A stretch of 64,000 nucleotides of DNA. It comes from Tubulanus polymorphus (lineage: Eukaryota; Animalia; Nemertea). The position numbers and the translations under genes are program-made. Under the pieces are notes generated by a model. The model worked only from the letters and a program-made list of their open reading frames with translations. It searched no databases and had not been told where the DNA came from. The stretch's first letter is position 1. Every line of letters starts with the position of its first letter. This document shows, piece by piece, positions 39,419 to 51,144 of this stretch. The stretch lies in the NCBI RefSeq assembly GCF_964204645.1, contig NC_134029.1, positions 6,200,001 through 6,264,000 of the forward strand, given 5' to 3'.

Positions 39419-41893
39419 ATGGGTGTTGTGTGGCTAAGAAGGGCTATCTTTTTCACTGGATTGATTGTAATCTGGCTTACATTGGTCGTCCTGAACTGTT
39501 TGAATATAGACTGGGCTAGTTTACAAAACCTGAGAAGCAGCGAAGCTATTCAAACGTACGCGATCGTAGCGATGACATGCGTCCTCCATCTGGGAGTAGC
39601 TGACGCCCTACTCCGCACTGTGGTAGTAATCATCCGCGGATGTAGTACGAGGCAGACCGGGTTACGAATGGCAGACGGATCGAAACTCAAACTAGTCATC
39701 AATTACAACTTATTGGCAATATCGGAAGAATGTATCGACCAGACGTTTACGAACATGTATCAAACGTTTATGAATAATCTATCACCGAACGTGACTTTAG
39801 TTTTAGTAAGTACGACTCCCACCGACGAACTTCGCGAATACTCGCTCGCCCAGGTGGCTGAATATCGGCTGCGGATCTACGACCGGCTGATTGCAGAGGG
39901 CGAATTATTTCTGGAAGGTCGTTTCAAAGCGGTCGATTCGCATAGACTTCATCATTTTTGGTTCGATCTTTGCGACCATTTTGGTCTCACCTACGTACAA
40001 GAGAAGTTAGCCGAATTATGCAGTCGTCACAGCTACGAATTCATCTGCGTCCATCGAGTGTCAAATGTCTTGAAAAAATGTGGGCAATATCAGGACCTAA
40101 TACTTTTATCGGAAGGCGAGGATCAAGCGTATACCTACACGGAAAAATGCCTGTATGGTAAATTTTGCCGGCACCACGGGGAACCTTTATTCCAAAACAC
40201 ACCCGATTCTAGAAGACTCGATGGTCGTCATTTCGATTACACGCTAGTTTTAGATAGCGACACCGTCGTACCGAGAGGTACAGCTTTACAACTCCTAGCC
40301 GCCGCCGCGGGGAACCCACGTCTTGCCGTTATCCAACCGAATATAAAACTGGAATTGCCGAAAGAAGCGACCTTCTTCATGTATCTGGAGCGTGTAAGAA
40401 ACGAGTTGACAACGGCCGAAAACAATGCCATTACAAATTTCTTAGGTCAAACTTTATTCTGCGGCAAAGCCTTAATTAATAATCAGTTATACGTAGATAA
40501 AATCATAGGTAGTCCGGTGAACCAATTGGAAATGATACCAGTTGACGTCATGAGTCACGACACATACGAATCGTTGATTTTGCACCCGTTTCCGTTAACA
40601 TCGGTTTCGTTAAAGGAACAACCCACTACAAATCTCATCACGTGGTCTCACAGACAACAACGATGGACTACGGGGGAAGTGATCAACGCCACCTATATTT
40701 GGAACTTGACATTCGGAATGCTGATTCGCTTGCTAAGAATCGTATTTTGGTGTAATTGCTGCGAGCCATTCCGGCGCGTGCGCAATTACCCGCCTTGTAA
40801 CCTCACCGGGCTTTACCTCGTGGCTAAAATTCATTTCAGTTTATTCATAAAACCATTCCTGATAACGTACATATTGCTGCACAGTTTTCTCTACGGAGTT
40901 AAGTTTCGCTATCCGTATATTCCACTAGGCGGTGCATTGGTCGTATGGTTGTTTCTTCCGCGTTTATTCGTCTTCCGAAGAAATCTGCTGAAATATTTGC
41001 CGCTGGAATTGTTGACGTCGATCTTGCAACAAACCTCTGATATCTTTGTCGGTACGTACCGTCTACTCGTGGGCATCGTCGCTGCGTTGTCCCGCCACCC
41101 GCTGAAATGGCTGCCACAGCGCATAATCGAACAGAAATACGAAGTGAAATCGAACTGCGGAATTTTTCTCGACTCGTTGCGTGTGTTCGGTATTTATGCC
41201 CTCGTCGCTTCTATAGCGTGTTTCACACTCGTTCTCGTAGACTTATACGGAATTTACTCGTCGTATTTATTGATATACGTAATGCTGGGAATAATTTCAC
41301 TGCTGCCGATTTATTGTTTCCTGACGGGGCTGTCGCCGATGTGCGGTCGACGTAAAGTATTCAAATTACATCTCAGTCCACCGTGCAACCATGCGCTAGA
41401 ACTGTCCAGTGTTAAACGCATTTACAGCATCGATACTTTGGTCAGACGACGGATGGAAGATTCCGATTTATCGGAACAGAATTTTGATCTATTTCACGCT
41501 GTGCAGCCAAGCGTTGACGACCATTCAAATTGCAGTATTTGTCATATGAGTTACGCAAATGAAATACTACCATCTGTCGAAGATGGACTCGGGCACTTCT
41601 CGGGGAATGGCCACGTGAATTCCGGTTTCGAATCCAATTTTACTCTCTACGAACAACCGTGGCATATTGATGGCCAATTTCCCGGTATTCACACGCGACA
41701 CTTCGATAGTGAAAATAACGAATTGACTCATCGTATATCAGTGGACACAATTAGTCTGTCTGAATTCCGCCCAATCAAAGAATCATTACAATCGTCAACA
41801 TCATCGTCATCATTATGTTCATCATCTTTATCATCATCACAGACGGAATCAGATTTTCTCCCTAATGGAGTGATCGGTGCCCATTTCTCTTAA
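39419..41893 (+). CDS. Intronless multi-TM processive GT-A glycosyltransferase related to bacterial beta-1,2-glucan synthases (OpgH/MdoH; Cgs/NdvB GT84 domain)
   Basis: 824-aa ORF: two N-terminal TM helices, then VHR..VLKKCGQYQDL, YTLVLDSDTVVPRG, GNPRLAVIQP, FLGQTLFCGKALI, VMSHDTYES and EQPTTNL..HRQQRWTTGE, several C-terminal TM helices, and a Ser-rich tail. AATAAA at 42067-42072. Confidence 0.8.
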   Translation: MGVVWLRRAIFFTGLIVIWLTLVVLNCLNIDWASLQNLRSSEAIQTYAIVAMTCVLHLGVADALLRTVVVIIRGCSTRQTGLRMADGSKLKLVINYNLLAISEECIDQTFTNMYQTFMNNLSPNVTLVLVSTTPTDELREYSLAQVAEYRLRIYDRLIAEGELFLEGRFKAVDSHRLHHFWFDLCDHFGLTYVQEKLAELCSRHSYEFICVHRVSNVLKKCGQYQDLILLSEGEDQAYTYTEKCLYGKFCRHHGEPLFQNTPDSRRLDGRHFDYTLVLDSDTVVPRGTALQLLAAAAGNPRLAVIQPNIKLELPKEATFFMYLERVRNELTTAENNAITNFLGQTLFCGKALINNQLYVDKIIGSPVNQLEMIPVDVMSHDTYESLILHPFPLTSVSLKEQPTTNLITWSHRQQRWTTGEVINATYIWNLTFGMLIRLLRIVFWCNCCEPFRRVRNYPPCNLTGLYLVAKIHFSLFIKPFLITYILLHSFLYGVKFRYPYIPLGGALVVWLFLPRLFVFRRNLLKYLPLELLTSILQQTSDIFVGTYRLLVGIVAALSRHPLKWLPQRIIEQKYEVKSNCGIFLDSLRVFGIYALVASIACFTLVLVDLYGIYSSYLLIYVMLGIISLLPIYCFLTGLSPMCGRRKVFKLHLSPPCNHALELSSVKRIYSIDTLVRRRMEDSDLSEQNFDLFHAVQPSVDDHSNCSICHMSYANEILPSVEDGLGHFSGNGHVNSGFESNFTLYEQPWHIDGQFPGIHTRHFDSENNELTHRISVDTISLSEFRPIKESLQSSTSSSSLCSSSLSSSQTESDFLPNGVIGAHFS

Positions 41894-42461
41894 AAAAAAT
41901 GGGAGTTCAATACTTAAAATCCCCAAATGAACTGGATCCCGGGCATATGGTTCATTTTAGGAGATAGAGGCAGACGGTCTAGACATAAACGTACTAGACG
42001 TAAAGGTATCACGACTTAATCACAGAATATGTAGGCATTCAAGCGTATAAAATACATTGTTGTAGAAATAAATCATTTTTATTCCAATCGTTTTTGGTAA
42101 TTCTAACAAATTCATCATTTACAGCTTGCAAACCCTACAATACTAGTTATAAATATTCACGCAATGTCACCTACGTCAAAAAATTTAATTGAGACATCAT
42201 TTTAACTATTCGTATCATTACACATAACATCAGAATATACATCACACATGAATTATATATCCATTGTCGTTCTGATGTTTTACTATTTTGGTTAAGAATA
42301 AGGTACCAGCAACGTCCGAGTTCCTACTAGAAAAGCTGGTGGATCATCACTTGTCACAATAGTATTGCCGGTATCTAATGAAAGTGGTAAATCTAGGCGA
42401 AAACACATGAAACATGGTCATATAGTTACATCATCGGCAAACGAAGATGATAAATGTATCG

Positions 42462-43343
42462 TCAGATTCTAGCGAATTCAAATTCACGGGACATATTATT
42501 GTTCCACAAGTTGAAATTATGGATCGGGTCGATTCGCAAAGTGTGAACACGCGCTGATGTAACAGTCTGTCCATCTTTCTTCCTTATCGTATCTAGAATA
42601 TCCATCGCGTTCTGGAAACGATATGACATAATCAGTTGTTTGAACAATTTACTGTCTTTGGCCAGTTTCGGAATTTTGTCACTTGTTAACTCGGAAACTG
42701 CTCGAGGTCCGAGCCCTGGTTGATGTTGAATCGTAATTGCCATGGCAGGAACCAACTGCATGTTGTTGTGGTTGTTGCGGTGTTTCTGTACCGCTTCGAT
42801 CGCGAGTTGTTTCTCGTTTTCGGTTTGAGTTTCCAGTTCGGGCGGCGGTCGTATGGACAGACGAGAATTACTAACAGGCGGGGATGACGTTCTGCTCAAA
42901 ACGTTCTGATATTCCGGGAAGACGTCCGTAATGCGCTCATACAGAATATCCTCGTAACATTTCATTGCAGCGTACTGCGCCTCGGCAGAGAGCAGGGATA
43001 GGAAACGAGGGGTGGGCGGCAACTCGATACGCTCTTCTTCCAGTATCGATGACGTCGCCGAATCCCGTCTGCTTTGTTGACGCGGGAAACCTTTGAAAAC
43101 GCGATTGATCGACGTGCGTCGACCGAACATACCAGCATGGCTGATGTTGGTAATGCTCGGTCGGCCGATACCGGCTCGCGACGATCGACGACCGGGATAC
43201 AGTGTCTGTTCCGACGAGTCCCTTCGCTCCTCGTCCTTATGAAAAGCCACTGCTTTCGTATGTCCGCTAGACTGTGAGCAAACGCTCGTCCTGCGACTAG
43301 CCGGCTGCGTTTGAATGTTCGGTAGCTTGTTTCTATCGCCCAT
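42462..43343 (-). CDS. Intronless 293-aa uncharacterised protein with many RRxS sites
   Basis: Long ATG-initiated ORF in good context (aaaATGG). Helical core FLSLLSAEAQYAAMKCYEDILYERI. Minus-strand AATAAA at 42078-42083. Confidence 0.7.
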   Translation of the reverse strand: MGDRNKLPNIQTQPASRRTSVCSQSSGHTKAVAFHKDEERRDSSEQTLYPGRRSSRAGIGRPSITNISHAGMFGRRTSINRVFKGFPRQQSRRDSATSSILEEERIELPPTPRFLSLLSAEAQYAAMKCYEDILYERITDVFPEYQNVLSRTSSPPVSNSRLSIRPPPELETQTENEKQLAIEAVQKHRNNHNNMQLVPAMAITIQHQPGLGPRAVSELTSDKIPKLAKDSKLFKQLIMSYRFQNAMDILDTIRKKDGQTVTSARVHTLRIDPIHNFNLWNNNMSREFEFARI

Positions 43344-45374
43344 TTTGAAAATTCATACGATTACACGATTAAGTCTATAATACACGATGTAATATAACCA
43401 AGTTTTAAATCAGCGATGAATAAACGCGATATCGGCTGCAGTTAGCAACGGTTGCTGGCATTATTTGAATCGACTTCCTGTTTGACAAATATTCGCCGCA
43501 AATCCAATTTCTACTAGGAGCTATCGTTAGTTTTCGTCGAAGAAATAAACGGCAATACTTCTAAACAGCTCCAGTTTTTTCGTCTTTGAGATATATATAT
43601 CACCTCTACAATCGAAAGGAAATCACCGCACGGGTTTCGACACCACTGTCTAAATATAATGAATGATTTCTGCTTTTGTTATTTACACAATGACCAACTA
43701 AACATTTCATTCAATTAATAAGCTTAATCGTGGAAGTACTCATGGGTTCATGAGTTCGCAAAACCTATACACACAATAAAATCCCGTTTTGCTGGCGTAA
43801 ATATGAAATGAGTAGCGTTGACAGCGATTCTGTTTACGATTTGAATTTTGCCGTTATTTGTATTGACAAAGTCCAGGCCCGCGTTTCGCAACGATCGGTA
43901 TCCAAACCACGGTTTCAAGTGATCAGATATTCACCAAAGTCTTAACGATGCGCGTTGTACAGTCAATTATGGTGAACTGGTGACTTTTTGCGCATTGAGG
44001 ACAAAATCGTTTCGCTTTCACGCTGGTCGCAAAGCAGACTTTCCACTGGGCGCACTGCAAAAAAGCCGAACAAATCAGTTATTAATTTTGTACGTACATA
44101 CAAAACAGCAATCATAAAAACCGGGACGCGTTGATTGTGTTAGTATGTGTATACGTCAAAGATTGACTGAAAAGCTTTAGTGTATTTCCTCGAATTCTAA
44201 CTCCCATTTATTTTCGAATAAATGTCGTCTTAATACCGACGACTAATCGATTCATCCCCTTATCAATAAGCGGCATACATTCTATTCAATATCAGCGCCG
44301 ACGCGAGTTTCTCGCAACGAGAATGTTTGATCAAAACACCAGATATTTGGCAGTTAAACAAGTCCGAACACCTGTCGAAAAAACTATACCTGTTATACCA
44401 GTTTTAAATGCGATATTTATGAAGTTCATTACACGTCTCTAAATTTTGTGCGACACGAGTCTTGGGAAATATCATGGTCTAAGAATTATTGCTTACCGAA
44501 AGAGATCGAACAGGAACAAAAATAAATGAACATTGAACTGTTTTGTTAGATGGAACGCAGGCGACATTTGAAAATGACGCTTCATAAAAATGCAATAAAA
44601 ATGTAATAAAGTATAAGATTTTTTCAATAGGTCACCGGCTAAAGTTTAGCAAATTGTACTCGGCTATATACATACCTATAATGGATGCGAATTTACTATT
44701 CGGTATAAAATGTAATTTCTTCAGATGTTATAGTTTAAATAGTTTTAATTCTTTTGGGAAGAAATTTGCCAATTTCGATGCAACGCTAAAGAATGTTTCG
44801 AAGTGATAAGGTGGCTACCGCAGTGTAAAAATGATTCATTTGCTTTAGAACGTAAACAGGTAACTATCAACTTAATAGATATTTTAAACTTTGAAAACTA
44901 GCAAAACTACTTACGCGCTTAATTTGTGGTCTCGATGTACCGGAAACTTCAGTATCGGGGAGTATCGATCGTGGTGATAGACATAATGTACTCTCTTGGA
45001 GTAACGAATATTAATGAATATAACGCTTACTGGTGGTTTCTACGCGTGTGGCCAGCGCTCCACTCGTCGACACGGAAAATTAGATTAAACCTCTTTACAC
45101 GGGCTGATTGCTCCTCGCACCCTCGTCGTTTAACAAAATAATACCCTCGTGCATGGCTGAATTAGTTAATCCCATTTTATTTCAGCTCGATATGTTCATT
45201 CGTAATCATTGAGTATAATAGTATATACGAACTGTTTCTCAATGACCATTTCATTATATTAATCCGCAACGGCTTCAATCGTTAGATCGAATTGCATTGA
45301 AATTATTATCATTAATTACAATGACCATGATTTCAAACGATATTGATTGCTTCCAATCTACATTATGAGATACA

Positions 45375-45483
45375 GGGCACGGTTTTATAGACTGGTATTA
45401 CCTTTAATCCGGGGGCTAACACAATTCATTATCAATTGAGTTAGCCCCGGGTTAATGGTAATACTAGTCTATAAAACCGGCCC
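45375..45483. mobile_element. ~110-bp palindromic MITE-like element
   Basis: cggttttatagactggtattacctttaatccgggggctaac versus gttagccccgggttaatggtaatactagtctataaaaccg. Confidence 0.75.
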
Positions 45484-46726
45484 CGGGACATTCCTTATTT
45501 TACCTCGACTAGACGTTGATCATATTCTCGTCTAATTTCAACAAAAATAACGCTGGAATGAAAACTTTTAGTTTGATTTAAACATGATGTATCCTTCGCA
45601 AAGCAGTTGAAGTGCATAGAGTCTGCTTTCTAAGCATCCAGCCATAATACGCATGATGCTTGTAATTATACATATGTACATATGTATATCGCATAAATGG
45701 CAAATGAATATTATCATTATTGCGTCGCGTAGATATGAAATTCGAAAATGTTACAATGTCCGTGGCTTCACGCATACTGATACGTGAGAAGTAAACGCCT
45801 ATAAGGTTCAACCAAATCGACTGGACGCAAAGGTAGCAGTGGGTTAGAATAAAGAGTATTGAGATCACAATTATTATTTGGTCAAGTCAAGCCCTTATCA
45901 AATGATCGAATGATCAAATAAAGCGTTCATTCATTCATTCATTCAACCTTAAAAATGAAAAAAAACTGCCATTCTTTTTTATTCTTATTTTCTAGCGGGA
46001 AGGTAAATATAAATTCACATTAACAGTGACTCATATGTATGGGGAATAGTTGGGGAAAATGAATTATACATGTATATCCTATTTGATTTACTTTTTAACA
46101 TGTATATATTTGAATACCTCTATTATAGCAATTATATATTATAAATAGCGAATTTATCGATTTAACATAATAGAATATCAAATAATACTTCAAGTGAACT
46201 TATAAATACTTCCTAGTACGTGTTAATAGTCTAATCTTACATGGAAATCAATTTTTCATTATCCTCCAGTAAGTTGTGCGTTATACAGCTACAAAGATCC
46301 GTGGATGATCTTGGAAGCGAAGAAAATGGAGGTTTGTCTTAAAGATCATTCTGTAGTATTTTTCTAAGCTCTATTCATCATTCCAGTATTCTCTTCGTGA
46401 GAATATTAGGTATGAGCATATACTTTCATGTTTTTCGGTTTGAAAAACTTCACTTTCTTTTATTTATCGCTGAAATCAAGTCTTAACAACTGTGTTACTT
46501 GGCCTTGCTGTTTTGCTAATCGGTGCATTTAAAAATGGTTTTCTTTTTTCTGGATACACTTTGAATTGGGTGGAAAGAAACGACTGTATCCTAAATTAAG
46601 GCTTTACCTCGAGGAAAAATTACCTCTTTGAATGAATGATTTTATTTTTCTCTTTACTTTCGGGGTAAACTAAAAATCATTTTATGATAAAATCAATTTA
46701 TGATCGATTGTTGAATGTTCTAGCGT

Positions 46727-48128
46727 ATGAATCTAACACATACGACGGCAACAACAACAACAACAACAACGTTGATCGATAATACGTCGCTCAATACAAC
46801 GTTAACCGATATTCTGAACCGAACTGTGGAATGCCCCGCCGTCAACAAAACAATCGGTAGGATTACACACTATTATTACTCAATCCGATTTTCAATCAGG
46901 ATTTCTATTCAACAGTTCCTTTTCTTCAATTTCGTGGTTCCGGTTTGATCTGTAACGTTATTTTCCAATTTTCAGTAAACTGCTCCGATAGTAGGGAAAC
47001 AAGTTGTAAGTAATTTGAAAAGCTCCTGACTACTCAATTCTACTTCTACGGCTTTTTGAAATTAATTTGAAGATTTCTTAAAAGAAGAACACTGCATATC
47101 AACTCAAACTGTATATCAACGTTAATTCGATTTATGTTGGTTTGCAGATTTATCCGGCTCATGGATATCTCTAGATTGGGCAATCGGTATCACAGTAATT
47201 GCGTCAATCGAACTGATGATCATTATACTGATGTATGACAAAATATTACGTGATTCGCATCGTCAGCAAACAGATTTGCGAGGTAAATTGACTTTTTCTT
47301 ACCGTTTTAAGGTGTGAAGAACACTAAAAAGTTTTGTTTGCAATAGAATCACTGAAGTAGTACAGAATTGAATTGATTAGGCGTAATGTGAAAAGATTCT
47401 AATATTTGTAATTCAGCTAACGTTAATACTACTAAAGATTTGTATCTAAACCTATCTGCTTATATCAATCTAGGGTGAAATCGCATTTCGTAGAATAGAG
47501 TAACTATTTGTATTTTGTCATTACAACAGATTCATCGAAAACTAAGAGAACCAGATTTGCCCCGAGTTCCGTATTTTTCCGTCCCAATTCTGGTGGAGAC
47601 GATTCCGTCAACCTCTTCGCTGACCGGAACGCGGAGTCCGGTTTTCCAAGCGACCGACAAGCAGCGTCGAGCTCCATCGATGCAGCGTCGGATTTTTCGC
47701 AACGACGTTGGAATAGTGAAAGACAGCACTTCAGTAACAGACGATCGATGTCCGAAATGAATTTGGCTCAAATGGGATCCAGAAATAAGACTCGTCTCGC
47801 ACCGCCACCACCGCTACCTCCGAGTCAAATTAGAGCTCAAGGTTACTGTATGGGACAGGCTGGAACTTCAAATACACTTCCATGTAATTTCACCAGTGCG
47901 GCACTCGAGCCGAGGGAAACTTCCTACATAAATCTGGATGATATGGAGATTGAGAGCTCGATTCCACCGGATCTTCCGAGTATTAGTGATATAGAGGGCG
48001 AATTCAGAGTACATTACGAGAGACCGTCATTGCAGTATTCTATGTATACTTCCGACGAACCATATATACCTACCCCACCACCACCGACTTGGAAACCACA
48101 ACCACCTCCGACAACATCTGAAATCTAG
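46727..48128 (+). CDS. Single-pass membrane protein with a Thr-rich, N-glycosylated ectodomain and a Pro/Tyr-rich tail (>=297 aa; further 5' exons possible)
   Basis: Exons 46724-46856, 46976-47005, 47148-47282 and 47530-48128 join in phase 1. TM segment WAIGITVIASIELMIIILMY. Tail contains PPPPLPP, TSYINL and YIPTPPPP. An acceptor just before the ATG leaves the true start uncertain. Confidence 0.65.
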
Positions 48129-48464
48129 AGGATTTGATCAAAGATTGCAAAAATATCGTGATTTCATATCTTTAAATTCTATTTGACAGTTTATTTTACG
48201 ATCAATCATTTCGTTATGACACATAAGACATGAACACTCAATAGATTGTATTCAAGACCGATGTGATTATTATTCTTCGTATCATTCCGGATGACGAGTC
48301 TTAAATTGTGTTTGTTAGGTCACTTACACGAAATACCGTGATTTATCGAGGGAACATTTTATTTCAAATCCGTGAGAAAATAAAACACTTGACCAAATTT
48401 GCATAAAAATGTACAATTTTTTCTGTAGTTCGTTGAACCTAGCATAAGCCAACTAGTATATCTC

Positions 48465-49716
48465 CTAGACGTGTTTTCCTGGCTTTCTCATTCCAGTCAC
48501 TTTACAATGAAAACCGGTGAATGAATTGATTAATTGCCTTCTGAAAACCCTCAACGTTGCCATGTATATGAAGAAGTTGACGCAGAATACAAACTCTCGA
48601 GGAAAATAAAGGATTCTTTCCAACCCATGACAATACATTTTGCTAATGGCGTAAGTTCCATTCGAAAAAGGGTCGATGCGATGATTGACCCAGATCTGGT
48701 AAACTACGTACTCAATGAAACTTTGCAAAAACTTGAATAATGAATTCGGTAAAACAAGTGCTATGTATACAACGACTACAACAAGGAGGGTTTTGCTGGC
48801 TGCGGACTGATGACGGTCTTTCCTATCCGCACAGAGAGCAGCACCAGATCGTTTATTACGTAATACAGCAGTATGTACTGATACTATAATGATAACTACA
48901 GATGGGATTATGTCGTGAAGAAATACCTTTAATGCAAGTAAAAATACCGTATGATATCCGTTTATTCCTAAGTCACGACACTGTAAACTACTAAACGACT
49001 CCTTTCGTATGCGGATCGTGCGCAAATAGATTTCTTTAATCCTAACAGCGTTATCCAAATTCATAACAAATGACCACAAAATCACGACGGCCACAACAAT
49101 TTTGCGTCGATTGACGGTGAAATGTTTCATGTGAAAGAAGGGAAAACGAATCGAAACCAATCTCTCCATAGCAATCACAAGAACTGTGTAGTTTGATACA
49201 GATAAGGCCTGTTGAAAGAATTGATAAGTCAATAAACACAATGGAATCAAACGTCTAGGTAAATATTCAAAATAGTAATAATAGTAATATAATGATGGGC
49301 ATAATTTGTAGTGTTTAGCTACCGTTAACGAGTTATCCATGCACTCTTTCGGAGCCACCCCGACATGGTGTAGGAAACGCCGCATGTAGTACGGGAACTC
49401 CTAAAAACCGAACAGTACATAAATTTGATCGGAACAGGCCAGAGTTATTAGATAGGGGAACCTTTAACGAACTGACTGACATTTCCGACACTTTATCAGA
49501 AGAATGATAGTAAGACCATTGAAGACACATCCCAGTGGAAACAGGAACAATCTAGTCGAGTATTTGTTATAAATGCTAAAATGGCGAATGAACTGATTAA
49601 ACGAATTAAGCAGTAGCCTTTCGCCGCACGATTATCCGTACGCTATCAATGGTAGTGGTCGAGACTGTCGAATTTCGATTTAGTGCTCTTTCCAAAACGC
49701 TGGTAAAGTTGTGCAT
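48465..49716 (-). pseudogene. Disrupted paralog of the class A GPCR at 52883-54133
   Basis: Spans 1252 nt versus 1251 in the intact copy (+1 base near 49606) and has an in-frame TAG at 49401-49403. The remaining 306-aa ORF lacks TM1-2. Confidence 0.85.
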
Positions 49717-50387
49717 ATTCAACTGCACTGCCACTGACGACACAACGAGCGTAAAATAGACGTTACTGCTACCCGAACTTTTTTAGATATTTCTCTGTTT
49801 CGCATATTGTGAAACCGATCTCTGAAATAAAATGTTGAGTAAGCTTCAAGCAATACACGGAGCCTCTAGCGTTTCATTCTCTTTCGGTTGGAGACAACGA
49901 GTGACGTTTGATACATTCTGAATATACAAGTAGTTCATATACGTTGCATGCTATGTATGAAAATCCTACAGAAGCATAAAATAGTGAGCAGCAAATAAAT
50001 TTCTCAATTCTTTGCCAAGAATATCCATTCTTGTATTTTCTGTTACGGTAGTCTTTTTAGTGGATGATTTTAGATTGGCAACTCGGTGTACTAGAGTGCT
50101 TATCAAGGATTTAAGTAAAGAATCGGAGGCTGTACGTATAAGGTCGCAGTTGTGTTTGGGAAGGCTCTCTGCGTACAGCGACAGTAATTCAAAATTGTCA
50201 ATCTGAATAATTGAGAAAGGGTAGACTTCGTACTTTTTGATGAATGATTTTCAATAACAGGCAAAATGTCATATTTTGTGGATACAGAGAAGGATTTGAT
50301 GACCCAAATTGACTCTCAGACCCCTAAAAATTCAAAATTATTTATGATATAGATGCCCTTCCATAGCTGAGCAGTACTCTGAAACCA

Positions 50388-50737
50388 GGCTAGATCCATC
50401 CTGGATCCAGAGATAAGGCGCCTCGTCACGCACCGCCACCACCGAGTCAAATTAGAGCTCAGCGTTACTGCATGAGACAGGCTGGAGCTTCAAATACACC
50501 TCCACGTGGTTTTACCAGTGCAGCACATGAGCCGAAGTAAACATCCTACATAAATCTGGATGATATGGAAATTGAGGGCTCGGTTCCATCGGATCTTCCG
50601 ACTATTAGTGATATAGAGTGCGAATGCAGAGTTCATTACAAAAAACCGTCATTGCAGTATACTTCCAAAGAACCATACCTACCCCACCACCACCAACTTT
50701 GAAACCACAACCACCTCCGACAATATCTGAAATCTAG
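50388..50737 (+). pseudogene. Older degenerate copy of the membrane-protein last exon
   Basis: Similar to ~47770-48128, with indels and a stop codon (ccgaagtaa). Confidence 0.8.
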
Positions 50738-51144
50738 GTGATTTCATCGACGATTGCAAAGGAATATCGTTATTTCTATTTCTCAATCATATTTGACAGT
50801 TTCATCTTAACGATCTATAGTACCATTATAATACAAAACACGTAGATAATCAACAGATTATATTCAAGACCGATGTGATTATTATTTCATTAACCTGCGG
50901 CCTACCGGATGGTGATTTACTAAAGGCTGAGGCACTGTTATATCTATTATGCCACGAACATGAAATATCGTCGTCTATCAGGAAAACATCTTTTTTTGAA
51001 TGTTCCGTGAAAAAAATAAAAAAACTTAACCAAATTTGCAAAAATATACAAATACTAATGTTTCTCTATTCTGTCGAACCATAAATCAGCCGAATCGCTT
51101 CTTTCTCCGGACATTGTTCACTCTCTTTGTTGTTTGTTCAATTT

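Noticed and set aside
39419-41893. Chitin, hyaluronan or cellulose synthase assignment
   Set aside because: A QxxRW-like motif is present, but the catalytic motif is SHD rather than EDR/DDR/TED, and the surrounding motifs fit OpgH/Cgs better.
39419-41893. Bacterial contamination
   Set aside because: No operon neighbours, AT-rich flanks like the rest of the window, a poly(A) signal, a eukaryote-like low-complexity tail, and contiguity with spliced genes. Read-level confirmation is still needed.
50012-50206. 64-aa ORF identical to 54433-54627, suggesting a conserved peptide
   Set aside because: It has a non-ATG start, and the identity is adequately explained by the recent tandem duplication.
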